Shown here: positions 1 to 11,623 of the stretch, one piece after another
How positions within the stretch are numbered: the first letter of the stretch is position 1
Layout of the letters: each line of letters starts with the position of its first letter
Source of the DNA: Haplodiscus bocki
Taxonomy: Eukaryota
Assembly (NCBI GenBank): GCA_965655095.1
Contig: OZ296654.1
Location: 70,122,001 to 70,186,000, forward strand
Direction: 5' to 3'
DNA: 64,000 nt
Notes under the pieces: generated by a model
Told to the model about the DNA's origin: nothing
The model's database searches: none
Seen by the model: the letters and a program-made list of their open reading frames with translations, nothing else
Position numbers and translations under genes: made by a program

Positions 1-705
1 TGTTTCTTGGCATGGTCGTCATGATTCATGGCATGATCATGGTATGATTACCATGTTTTCCATGATTCATACCAAGATCATGGTATGATCATCATGTTTT
101 GCATGCCTTTTTTGTGAAAAAATGATGGATTGTTTGTCAATTTTTTCTCAAATAGTTGCTGCCATATACCATTATATGGCACAGTTGACTGGCTTTAGAG
201 GAACTTACGCCTCCAGAGTGGCGAGTCAGCAAAATTAAACGAAGATTACTCCAGAAAAACTTAGTTTTTTCGGTTTCCTCCGGTAATAACCAAACATCAA
301 GTTCTTATTAAACAACAATTTCAATATAGAATACATATTAAAGCCTTTTGTTATTTTTGGTAATTTCCAAATCTTTGGAGAGAGATCCATTCCAATAAAT
401 GTCTTTCGGGTAGTTTCGGAAAAGTTAGTTCAACATATTCAGCATGAAAAAATAGCGGACTACCACCTGGTTACTAATCAACAAAGTTGGCTGGATAATT
501 TGCATCCTGACTACGTTATAATAATGACCATGGTCATCATGGCAAAATCAAGCTATTTTCCATGAAGGACATGCCATGATCATGCTATATTTCATGATGA
601 CCATGACATGATTTTACCGTGATTATACCATGGCGAGTATGAATCACCATGATCATACCATGTCATAGCATGATCGTCATGTTTGACCATGGCTGTCAAC
701 CCGGG
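1..705. mobile_element. Right part of a non-autonomous DNA transposon (MITE) with CATG-rich subterminal repeats and a ...CAACCCGGG terminus
   Basis: Dense CATG/CCATG/CATGAT arrays at 1-110 and 520-695. Ends in CCCGGG like the complete element at 63113-63404. Left end lies outside the window. Confidence 0.55.
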
Positions 706-1368
706 CTATGTGTCTCAAAAACCACATTCCGTTCAAATCCAAAAACAAACAGGTCTTAAATTCATTTGTTACAAGAAAGGTGGCAAATTTGAAGGCACTA
801 GAAAAGAATACATGTTTCAATAGTGTGACGGTTCAGGGAGAAAGCACATCTGCACATGTCAATGTTTGAAATATTAGCTCTAACGTAAAAATATTCTAAA
901 TGTGAATGCTCAGTCTCAATTTTCTGACGGATGTTTATCATGTTCTCGTTTCTTTGAAACATTTTCGCAAAAAGTGTTACAGGTGTGATAGCAAGAACAA
1001 GCCTGAATCTTTAACTTTTTGAATAAATTACAATGGCTGCTATAATATCCAATTTCTGCTCCACACCTTAAGTTGCTGCGTTCATGTCATATTCCGCTTT
1101 TCGCATAATTCTTTCCTCCAAATATACAGCAAGCAGCAAAGCTTGCTCTGAGCTTATCTTTGGCTCGATTTATGCCTGATTGTTGACAAACAAAACGCAC
1201 ATTTCCAAAAAAAAATTATCCTCGACAAGACTGACCATATGCGGAGCCGTTTCGCACGTCGCTTTGAGACCATGAAAAAATTTGAATTTCTGTATAATCT
1301 CTTTCATGGCTTGTTCTGTTTGAACTTTTTTATATGATCTAAATTTCTCATTTATTTCATGATGAAAT

Positions 1369-1444
1369 TGTCGCGTACGCAAATTAAATCAAGTAAACGG
1401 TCACGCACGCGGATTAAACCGTCGCGTGTGTCTATTTAGCGAAC
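1369..1444 (+). repeat. Truncated variant 5' LTR start
   Basis: TGTCGCGTACGCAAATTAAATC...TTTAGCGAAC matches the first 76 bp of the LTRs at 2112 and 10875 with 2 substitutions, then diverges. Confidence 0.85.
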
Positions 1445-1500
1445 TCGTAATCGTCGTTACCGTAGCAACAGTGGCGCAACGGTATGCGTCCGGGACTCGT

Positions 1501-2111
1501 CTTAAATGGAAATTCAACCCGCCGTCAGCACCCCATCACGGAGGGGTTTGGAAGCGCCTTGTTCAGAGCTGTAAGCGTCTCTTCTACAAAATACTGGGAA
1601 ACCGAAGGCTTACGGACGAAGTGCTGAGAACTACGTTTTGTTTGGTTGAGCAGTTTCTGAATTCAAGGCCCCTAACGGCGGCTAGCTCCGATCCAAAGGA
1701 TCTCGATGCGCTTACCCCAAATCACTTTTTCTTTGGTGGTCCGAACGCTGCATCAATGTTTCATGTGCCAGAAAAAACTCAACCTGACAATCACCGGCAA
1801 CGGTATCGAAAGTCAATCGCATACGCCAATGCAATTTGGCATCGGTGGTTGACAGAGTATGCCCCAACCCTTAATGTTCGATCGAAGTGGAACCGGCAAG
1901 ACCCTACCACATTGAAGACTGGAGACTTAGTTTGCATCGTTTAACCAACGAGTCCCCGCGGGTTCTACCCGCTCGCTCGAGTTAAAGAACTCCATTACGG
2001 ATGCGACGGCATTGCTCGTTCAGCTGTCATCCGATCTTCGGCCGGCGTATTCACTCGACCGACCACAAAACTTGTTTCTGTTTTCGACTCGTCTTCGCCC
2101 AGGCGGGAGGA
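1501..2111 (+). pseudogene. Duplicated C-terminal integrase segment of the BEL/Pao element
   Basis: Matches 10264-10874, with the same KWKFNPPSAPHHGGVWKRLV...GDLVCIV* translation and the same lesions. Confidence 0.92.
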
Positions 2112-2599
2112 TGTCGCTTACGCGAATTAAATCAAGTAAACGGTCACGCACGCGGATTAAACCGTCGCGTGTGTCTATTTAGCGAACCTGTAACCGACCT
2201 TGTAAGCGAAAGGTCCGGCGATCGATTCCCGACCGGACCGAACCTTTTTCACTCCAGTTTTTTTGAACTTCGAAGTTGTTAATTGGCTGAAATTTGCATA
2301 TGAAAGTTTGTTTGGCCAATCAGAGCCGATTATGCAAATTTCTTCCGAAAGCATGAAAAGACGCCCTCTAGGGGATGAAATTGAAATCGGCTAAACTAAG
2401 AAAAACTGAACATTGGGGCTTGTTTCATCGACACCGAACAGACGGTTCAAAGAAATACGTTCGGACAAAGTGTTAATTTGTTAATAATTCTGCTCAATTC
2501 AAGCCATTTCTGTTAGAATAAACTCTCTGTTGGTGATTCAAACTTGGAAATAACAGCTTTATTTCCACGGATTTAACCGGTTTATCGGGCCACGCCACA
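2112..2599 (+). repeat. LTR (488 bp) acting as 5' LTR of the gag-pol unit
   Basis: TGT...ACA termini, preceded by purine tract AGGCGGGAGGA, followed by PBS, AATAAA near 2517. Differs from 10875-11362 by one visible substitution near the end. Confidence 0.95.
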
Positions 2600-2602
2600 T
2601 TT

Positions 2603-2620
2603 TGGCGCCCCACAAGGGAC
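2603..2620 (+). promoter_or_regulatory. Primer-binding site, tRNA-Lys type
   Basis: TGGCGCCCCACAAGGGAC, 3 nt after the LTR; 15/18 identical to the tRNA-Lys3 PBS TGGCGCCCGAACAGGGAC. Confidence 0.8.
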
Positions 2621-3398
2621 GTGATTACCTTGTTTCTCCGATTATCGGCGTTTGCTCAGCCGTCAACTCAAACTTTTCGCCAGCTAACCGGAAGATTCAG
2701 CGGCTCATCGACAGGTCGAGAGAGTTATTCGACAGATCAACCCGCAGAAGCAACTTCATCGGTAACTTGTTAATCACGATCGGTGATAACTTGGACAGAT
2801 TTTCGGCAAACCTGAAAGCAGAGACAGTGCATCGGACAGGCCGGACGAAATAACGCGGAACGACCCCAGTTTGCAAAACACCTTCGCGGAACGTGCAGTG
2901 CAACCCGGATAGTCAGAGTCGTGACTTCGAGGCGTGCGAGCAGTTGCGTCTGAGAGGTCACCGGTGCTGTCTGCGGCTGTGTGATCGGTTGGGTAGCTTT
3001 CTGGGCGCGGGTCAACAGCGCTGGGTGCTGTAGTGCAAGCTGTTGTGTGCGGCGACGTTGGTGTTTGCTGTAGTGGAGCAAGACGTTCGGCATCCCATCG
3101 GCAGTCACCAGTTAGGCATGGACGACACAACCGGTTAGAGAGGCGAATCGGGGTTGCATAGCCAACTCAGAAAGGACATCGGCTTGAGAGTGAACTACAC
3201 TTACAAACTCAAACTGAACTCTTGTATCGATTAATTGATGTCAACATTTTGCCCGTAGGATTTTTGGCCTTAGCCGATTGTGTATTAGCGAGTAACCGTA
3301 CACTGATTTTTGGGAACGGGTCCTTAGAAAATTTCGCAACTGTTTGCTCGCTAGAAAGCGTAAATTGAAAGTGGGCTAGCAAAACTCACGAAAGTCCT

Positions 3399-4019
3399 AT
3401 GGTCTACGTAATCGGCGCTAGTTCACTTCGGTACGCAGTTGACGTTTAACCGTTTAGGCTTCGGCGGAGGTTGCTTGCGAGAACTTTTGCCACTCTCGGG
3501 TTAAGTTTCAACCCGAACGCGTGAAACTACTTGAAAAATCTAGGCAATTTGCTAAGCACCGGTTCCTTGCGGCATCGAGCCGATATCGTGATTTGGCACG
3601 ATCTGATTAATAACACGCTTTCAAATCACCATAGCAACAACTATAGCGCGTGTTCCGTTCAGCAGCTCTTGCACATACTAGCAAGACAAAGACACCGGAT
3701 AGCCGCCATTGTCTATATTCAGCGTGAAAAAACTCCATACGTGTTTCGGCAGCTGTGCTCATCGGGCATTTTGATCTTACCGGTGGAAAAACTACTGTCA
3801 CCGAAGAAACGCCGTAACTTTGCTCTTCGGAGTGACCTCACGACCGTTCATTCTCGTACCGATACCGAACGAAGTTTGTTACGGACCGTACTCCGGAACG
3901 AAACTGATCTGCGAAAGCTGTTGAATCGACGTTCACAGACTAAACGGTCGTCGCAGGACCAACGTCTTGCAGAACGGATTGCCCGGAGTAACATTACCGT
4001 TACTGTTACTTTCAATTAA
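3399..4019 (+). pseudogene. Extra ORF upstream of gag, SGNH/GDSL hydrolase-like (about 206 codons, two internal stops)
   Basis: One frame reads MVYVIGASSLR...ATLGLSFN...DIVIWHDLINN...IAAIVYIQR...GILILPV...DLTTVH, in the order of SGNH blocks I, II, III and V. Stops at 3447 and 3522. Confidence 0.6.
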
Positions 4020-4452
4020 ATTTTCTTTCACTGTGTTTTCTTTAGTTTTCAGTCGTTTGGTTCTAACGGAACTTGAAGAGCCTATAGAACTTTCAGTAGT
4101 TCGTGGCACGGAAAGTTTCCGGTTCAGGCCAATAGAGTGAAGGTAAACGGATACGCAGTCGATCGCTAAATCATATTGATTTGAGTGAACCGTTCGGTCC
4201 GGTGTCACTACAGAAACAGCCGAAGATAGCGTGTTACCGCAATCAAATCATCGAGTGTGAACTCCTGTTTGAGGAGTTGCATCCTAGACATCCTCCAATA
4301 CCCGTCCCTTAGTCTAGACCGGAGCTGAAAGAGCCTCTAGAACTTTGAGTAGTTCGTGGCATGGAGAGTTTCGGAACAGACCAATTCCCTGGGGGTGCGC
4401 GACATTAGAACTTTCAGTAGTTCCTGACGCAAAACCCAATCCCCAACTCGCC

Positions 4453-7400
4453 ATGGAGGAAAAGTTGCAGAAGCTCTATGCTAGCAGAACAAAACTGCAG
4501 AAGGAGCTCAAAATCTGTCATGAATTGATAGATGAAGCGATTAATCGAAAGGATAGGCGCGTCAAAGTGGAAAAGCTCCTCAACGACTTGAAGTCTACAT
4601 TCCAGGCTGCGTTTGAGAAAAATGAAGACCTTCTCAAATTGGCAGCGAAAAGCGAAAACCCGACGGACCTTCTCGAGAAGTGGTCGGAAGGCTTAATTGC
4701 TCTAAACGATGAGTACTTGAGTAAAGCACGAGCCTATATCAATTCAATCGGCGAAACTGAAGAGGGAAGATCCCGGCATTCGGATTCGCAAGGCACAACG
4801 AAGCGATCCAACAAACATTCAAGGAGCAAGGCAACCAGCAAGAGCCAAGTTTCTGTTTCCTCTTGCCAACGACGTCTTCAAGAAAAAATTGCCAGGTTAA
4901 AGCGCGAGGAAGTAAAACGTCAAAACGCAGCTGAACTACGAATTGCTCAGGAAAAAGCAGAAAAAGAAACATTGGAGGCCGAACACCATGCGAGGCGGAC
5001 CGAACAGCAAGCTGAGCAAGCTCGACAACAAGCTGAGCAGGAAGTTTTGGGAACTCACCGGCGAGCGCAACAAGAAGCTTCCCTGGCGCGTCAAAAAGCC
5101 GAGCATGACGCTGAGTTTGCCAAGCGAAAGGCTATGCTCGCAGTGTTAGAGCTGAAGGAGAAAAATCGGCGACGACTTGAGCAAGCAAAGTTGGATGAAG
5201 TTGATGTAGAAGATCTGGAGAGCTCCGACGATGAAGAAGAGGCCGACGGTGATCTGTTTGAAGGACTTTTCGACAATGCGACAAATGGCTCCGAACGAAC
5301 GGAAGCTTGGGTTAATAGCGCTGGTGCCACTGGGGCCGTTGGCTTGAAAGCCGGTTCAGATGTCGCTGTTGCTGAGACCCTCAACGACGATGCTCTCCCG
5401 AGACCTTTCGAGAACGTACTTATTGCGAACTCGATTTCATCACTAGGTCCTGCCGCACCTGATCAATTTCCCAAGACCGTTGAATTCGATAACCAACCTG
5501 ATTTTCTTGAAGATCCACTGCCGAATGTTCGCTTCCATGTTCGGAACCGAAACCAGCCCAAACCAAATTTGGCTTCAGCACTTGCTCCATCATCAGTTGT
5601 GGTTCCCAAGGCTTCGAAGAATTTGGACGAACTCTTTTATAACTTTCTTAAAACACCTGCTTCCTCCAAGAACCTAACAACTGTTGTCACCGATAACGCG
5701 CTTCAATCACAAAACACCCAGCCGCACTACTCATGTAGTATCGGAGGCACTACGTACTACCACAAGACCCCTTACATGACATCCTCGGTTTTTCCGACCT
5801 ATCAACCTTCAACGACGGCTGAAAATACTTGCAGTTACGCACCGGCTACATCGATTGCACTCGGAGTTGAGAACACGGAGTCTCAACGGCAGGTACAATA
5901 TTTGTCTTCGTCGAACGCCACTTTGACAATGATTGATCTTGCCAAACTTCTAACCGTTTCGCGGAAAGATCCACTGCCCGAGTGGACAATTTCAACCTTC
6001 GATGGCAACCCACTTCAGTGGCATGAGTGGTACGGACAATTCAAGAGTGCAGTCGACCAAGCAGCGGTAACTGACGAGGTAAAGATGACGTATTTGAAGA
6101 TGTTAGTCTCCGGAAAGGCGAAGATTGCCGTTGAGGGATTTGCGTATAGTGGTGCGCTGTACCGTGACGCTCTGAAGGCGCTTGAACGAAAGTTCGGGCA
6201 GCCCCAAGCAGTTGTCACCGCTCATCTGGAAAAGTTGAGCAACTATCCCGCTGTAAAGATCCACAATTCAGAAAGCATAATCAATTGTGCTTGTGCGATC
6301 TCCAGCCTTACTGCAGTTTTCCAGTCTCTGAAGTATGATGCTGATCTCTTCAGTTCTGCGCTCTTGAACCAGGCTGTTCAAAAGCTTCCACCGAACCTCA
6401 AAGAGTCTTGGTCGCTTCACACGGTCAAAAAGGGATGGCTACGTCCAAGCCTCCTCGGTTTCAATTTTTGATTGCAGGAGAAAGCCGAAGCACATGATCG
6501 GATTCAATTTGGCTCTGCAAAAAAACCAAAAGGAGAACCAAATTCAACGACAACAAAAGTGAAGACCGCGACAAAGACTTTCGCTTCCGCATCCGAATCG
6601 ACAACGCCGTCAGCCGGGACCAATGAATTGTGTCCTGTCTGCAAGGGAAAACACCCTCTCCTCAAATGTAAAGTGTTTCGCAAAAAGACTCTCAATCAAA
6701 GAGCAAAGATTGTTGCCGACAACAAGTTTTGCTTCTCCTGCTTCGGAAAGGGTCATAATGCACGTAATTGTTCCCGTGCTCGAACTTGCGGCAAAGACAA
6801 TTGCAAATTGACTCACAATAGACTCCTTCACGGCGCTGATCGCGTGTTCCCGTCAAAAGGATTGGAACAAAACTCTCCCATTACCACGTCGCAGCAGACC
6901 AATCAAGATACATCAGCTGCAAAACCGAAAAGTGCTTCGACAGCTCACAACAGCACCTCAAGTAGAAAGACGTCTACAACGGGTGTGAAAGGCCTGCTAC
7001 AAATCGTCGAACTCGAAGTTTTCTTGCCTACTAAAGCAGTCAATGTTTTCGCTCTTTGTGACTCCGGATGTAGTCACACGTGGATCTCAGACGACTTGGC
7101 GCAGAAGCTGTCCCTAGATGGAAAAGTGACTTCCATCACCGTAAACGGGATCAATTGCCAAGAAGTGGTCCAAACCCGAACGGTTGAGGTGAACTTTTGC
7201 TCGATCTTAACCGACGAAGGATGAGAGGTTTTCACAGTCAACGCGTTCACAAAATCTTCGATTAATGTTGGCAGAGACTTCATCAACGTTGCAGCCTTGA
7301 AATCCAAATATCCTCACCTGGATCTAGTGCGAGGTACGCAAATCGACTACTCCAGCGTGAGTATGATACTTGGGCAGGATGCATACGAAGCCATCCGTCC

Positions 7401-10400
7401 AATCGAGTACTTCGTATCAAATACTGACAAATCGTCACCCGTAGCAGTACGACTGCCAATTGGATGGGTCCTCAGTGGTCCCTTGCCTTCAACATCGAAC
7501 TTGTCGGCTTCTTGCTTCGAGACGAGAAGCGAAGAAGACTCAACTCTTGCTCAAGAAGTTAAACTTTGGTACGATATGGAAACCTTCGGAGCTGTGAAAA
7601 ACGTAGATCCCAGTTCGGCGGGGGAATCACGTGCCAAGGAAATCCTGCACTCAATCACGTTCCATGATGGAAAAAAGTACGTGGTGGGAATGTTGTGGCG
7701 ATAACCCAACAACGAGTTGCCGAACAACTACTATGCCGCTCTCGCTCAACTGAAGTCCCTCAAAAACCGCCTGGGCAAGGACGCAGACCTGCGGGAAAGG
7801 TACGCTCAGACGATCAAAGATGATTTTGAGAGGGGATATGTGAAAACAGTCGAACCTAGTGAGTCGCAGAAGCGTTCAAAACGTGAGTGGTACTTGCCTC
7901 ACCACCCGGTGCTCAACCCGAACAAGCCCGGGAAAGTCCGGAGAGTCCTTAACGGTGCTGCATTGTTTCACAAACAGTCCCTGAACTCTGCATTGATGGC
8001 TGGACCGGACCTACTGCAAAACCTGCTGTACATCATCTTGAAGTTTCGCCAACACCGATACGGATTCTCGGCGGACATCGAAGGGATATTCCTGGAGGTA
8101 GGCGTGCCAGACAAGGACCAAACTTCACTTCTTTTTTGTGGCGGGAGGACCCCACACAATAAGTGGTTGTGCACCAATATACCCGTCATATATTCGGTGC
8201 CAAAGACTCCCCGACCTGCGCAAACTTTGCGCTACAAAGAACCGCAGACGACAATTGCAAGGAGTTCCCTCGAGCAGCCGGAATGTTTGCAATAATTTCT
8301 ACATGGACGACTACTTGGAATCCTTTGCTACGTCCGAAGAAGCAACGGAAAGCTGCCAAGACCTTATGACTCTGCTGAAGCGAGGTGGCTTCAAGCTGAC
8401 GAAGTTTGTTAGCAACTTCAATCTCCCACCAAGTCTACCACCGTTACAAGATCAGTCACCAGGCACACCGGAAGTTTGTGAACTGTCTTCACACGTTCCT
8501 GGATTGAAATGGAATCAACGCAGCCACACATTAGTAGTAAGCCGTGGAGTAAACAGATCGGTTACTGAACCAGTTACACAGCGGTTAATGTTGAGTCGCG
8601 TGGCCAGTATTTTCGATCCCATTGGTTTAGTTGCACCTCACACAATTAAAGTTCGACTTATGCTCAAGGAAGTGTTGCGATTGCATGGCCAGAAGTGGGA
8701 TGAAGTCCTCTCAGAAGAACTGAACGAAGAATTCCTGCATTGGAGCAAAGCATTACCAGAACTCAGTACGCTAGAACTGCAAAGATTCTACTTCAGTGAA
8801 CCTGTGGATACCCTTGAGCTTCATGTTTTTGGTGACAGTTCAAAGGAAATGTTTGGAGCGGTCGCATTTCTTCGTGCCCGGCAAAAAAACGATGGCTCAA
8901 CGCAACTGGCATTTGTGATCGGAAAAAGACGCGTTGCGTCAATGAAGTCTTTGACAATCGCCAAGTTAGAGCTGCAAGCTGCACTGCTAGCTTCCCACTT
9001 GAAACGCAACGTCGAGGCAGCGCTTACGCTTGCGATTGAAAAAGTTTACATGTGGTCCGATAGCAGCACGGTCCTCCAGTGGCTTCACTCGCCCGAAAAG
9101 CAACCGGTCTTTGTCGCGAACCGCACATCGGAGATTTTAGATGCATCAACCGTGGATGAATGGGCTCCTATGTCTTCAACGAACAACCCCGCCGATGTGG
9201 TCACGAGGGGAATGTCGATTGATGAACTGAAAAGCAGTGCGTGGTTAAATGGTCCCGAGTTTCTTCGTACTGAAGATTGGCCATTCCAACCGCCAACTCA
9301 ACGCGTCCCAGTGAAGTCACCGAACTTGATACAGGATCCGCCGGTTGCACAGCAGACGACGATGTCAACTGCATCTAAATGCGTCGAGCCATTCATCGTA
9401 TGGACTAACTACAACTCGTACGCGAAATTAGTGCGCACGGTTGCCTACATGCTGCGAGTCAACCCCAAGTTTCGAGATTAGGTCAAAACCTCAACAATCG
9501 ATCCCGGAGAATTTCGTCGAGCTGAAGCAAAGCTACTGTTGTTGGCACAAAGTGAGATGTTCCCAAAAGAACAAAAGGCGCTCGCAAAAAGAGAATACGT
9601 TGCTTCCAACAGCATCATAGCTGCGTTCGTTCCTTTTGTGGGACAAAATGGATTGATTCGAGCAGCAGGACGACTGAAATGGCTATCTGCTGTTCCGTAT
9701 GAAACAAAACATCCGGTAGTTATTGATGGTCATCAGCCGCTTGCTCGGCTCTACTTGAAGCACGTTCATGACAGCAACCACCACCAAGGTGTTGATTTCC
9801 TGCGTGCTCATGTACAGAAAACGTTCGCAGTGCTAAAACTCCGTTCAACTCTGCGCCCATCAGCTCGTGTTGTGTCACTTGTCGAAAACATCGCGCAACG
9901 CCAGTGACGCCTTTGATGGCCGATCTCCCAAAAGAGCGTTTAGGGTACCAGGAACGCCCATTCACGTATACGGGGGTGGACTATTTTAGTCCCTTCCAGG
10001 TCTCCGTTAGACGAAGTACCGAAAAACGTTGAGGGTTCCTATGTACCTGCATGACGACGCGCGCCGTTCACATAGAGATTGTGCCTACAATGGACACCAG
10101 CTCATGTGTCATGGGCATTGAGCGGTTTGCTGCGCGTCGGGGACATCCACATACGATCTGGTCTGACAACGGCACCAACTTTGTTGGTGCTGACAAAGAG
10201 TTGGCTCTGTGTTTCGCGAACCTTGATCCCGACAAGGTAGCGCAAACGTCTGCGTCCAAAGGCCTTAAATGGAAATTCAACCCGCCGTCAGCACCCCATC
10301 ACGGAGGGGTTTGGAAGCGCCTTGTTCAGAGCTGTAAGCGTCTCTTCTACAAAATACTGGGAAACCGAAGGCTTACGGACGAAGTGCTGAGAACTACGTT

Positions 10401-10893
10401 TTGTTTGGTTGAGCAGTTTCTGAATTCAAGGCCCCTAACGGCGGCTAGCTCCGATCCAAAGGATCTCGATGCGCTTACCCCAAATCACTTTTTCTTTGGT
10501 GGTCCGAACGCTGCATCAATGTTTCATGTGCCAGAAAAAACTCAACCTGACAATCACCGGCAACGGTATCGAAAGTCAATCGCATACGCCAATGCAATTT
10601 GGCATCGGTGGTTGACAGAGTATGCCCCAACCCTTAATGTTCGATCGAAGTGGAACCGGCAAGACCCTACCACATTGAAGACTGGAGACTTAGTTTGCAT
10701 CGTTTAACCAACGAGTCCCCGCGGGTTCTACCCGCTCGCTCGAGTTAAAGAACTCCATTACGGATGCGACGGCATTGCTCGTTCAGCTGTCATCCGATCT
10801 TCGGCCGGCGTATTCACTCGACCGACCACAAAACTTGTTTCTGTTTTCGACTCGTCTTCGCCCAGGCGGGAGGATGTCGCTTACGCGAATTAA
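4453..10893 (+). pseudogene. gag-pol: BEL/Pao gag-pol polyprotein with several nonsense and frameshift lesions
   Basis: Coiled-coil N-terminus; Pao gag motif FDGNPLQWHEW; three Cys/His knuckles (CPVC..H..C, CFSC..H..C, C..C..H..H); protease ALCDSGCS; RT WYLPHHPV and FYMDD; RNase H VFGDSS, KLELQAA, WSDS, NPAD; integrase SDNGTNF. Stops at 6469, 7222, 7702, 9479, 10705; frameshifts near 8135, 8290 and 9860. Confidence 0.95.
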
Positions 10894-11362
10894 ATCAAGT
10901 AAACGGTCACGCACGCGGATTAAACCGTCGCGTGTGTCTATTTAGCGAACCTGTAACCGACCTTGTAAGCGAAAGGTCCGGCGATCGATTCCCGACCGGA
11001 CCGAACCTTTTTCACTCCAGTTTTTTTGAACTTCGAAGTTGTTAATTGGCTGAAATTTGCATATGAAAGTTTGTTTGGCCAATCAGAGCCGATTATGCAA
11101 ATTTCTTCCGAAAGCATGAAAAGACGCCCTCTAGGGGATGAAATTGAAATCGGCTAAACTAAGAAAAACTGAACATTGGGGCTTGTTTCATCGACACCGA
11201 ACAGACGGTTCAAAGAAATACGTTCGGACAAAGTGTTAATTTGTTAATAATTCTGCTCAATTCAAGCCATTTCTGTTAGAATAAACTCTCTGTTGGTGAT
11301 TCAAACTTGGAAATAACAGCTTTATTTCCACGGATTTAACCGGTTTATCGGGCCACGTCACA
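10875..11362 (+). repeat. 3' LTR (488 bp)
   Basis: Direct repeat of 2112-2599, preceded by PPT AGGCGGGAGGA (10864-10874). Confidence 0.95.
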
Positions 11363-11623
11363 AACTTGTGGACAAAATTCATTATTTGCGAAAAAGTAAT
11401 TATATAGGATGTTGATGTGGGAGTAGTTTGCAGTTCTGCTGAGTGTAGTGCTTGTCTGTTCATCTCTTTCATGGCTTGTTCTGTTTGAACTTCTTTATAG
11501 GATCTGAAGTTCTCCTTTATTTCATGATGAACTTGTGGACAAAATTCATTATTTGCGAAAAAGTAATTATATAGAATGTTGATGTGGGAGTAGTTTGCAG
11601 TTCTGCTTAGTGTAGTGCTTGTC
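11363..11623. repeat. About 166-bp tandem duplication whose first copy is split by the BEL element (other half at about 1298-1368)
   Basis: AACTTGTGGACAAAATTCATT...GTGCTTGTC occurs at 11363 and about 11530; ATCTCTTTCATGGCTTGTTCTGTTTGAAC occurs at about 1297 and 11462. Confidence 0.85.

Larger units (their letters stand above)
1369..11362 (+). mobile_element. BEL/Pao LTR retrotransposon, composite insertion (partial LTR, integrase tail, LTR, gag-pol, LTR)
   Basis: Two 488-bp LTRs, PBS, PPT and Pao-type gag-PR-RT-RH-IN. The flanks (...TTCATGATGAAAT | AACTTGTGGACAAAATTC) rejoin into the unit seen intact at 11462-11623. Confidence 0.93.

Noticed and set aside
1426-1944. 172-aa ORF as an independent gene
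   Set aside because: Chimera of LTR-derived sequence and the duplicated integrase tail, with a non-ATG start.
2770-3130. Antisense Gln/Thr-rich ORFs and a sense TM plus di-Cys plus polybasic peptide (FAST-fusogen-like) in the BEL leader
   Set aside because: The sense frame has two stops and no start; low-complexity GC-rich sequence easily yields such patterns.
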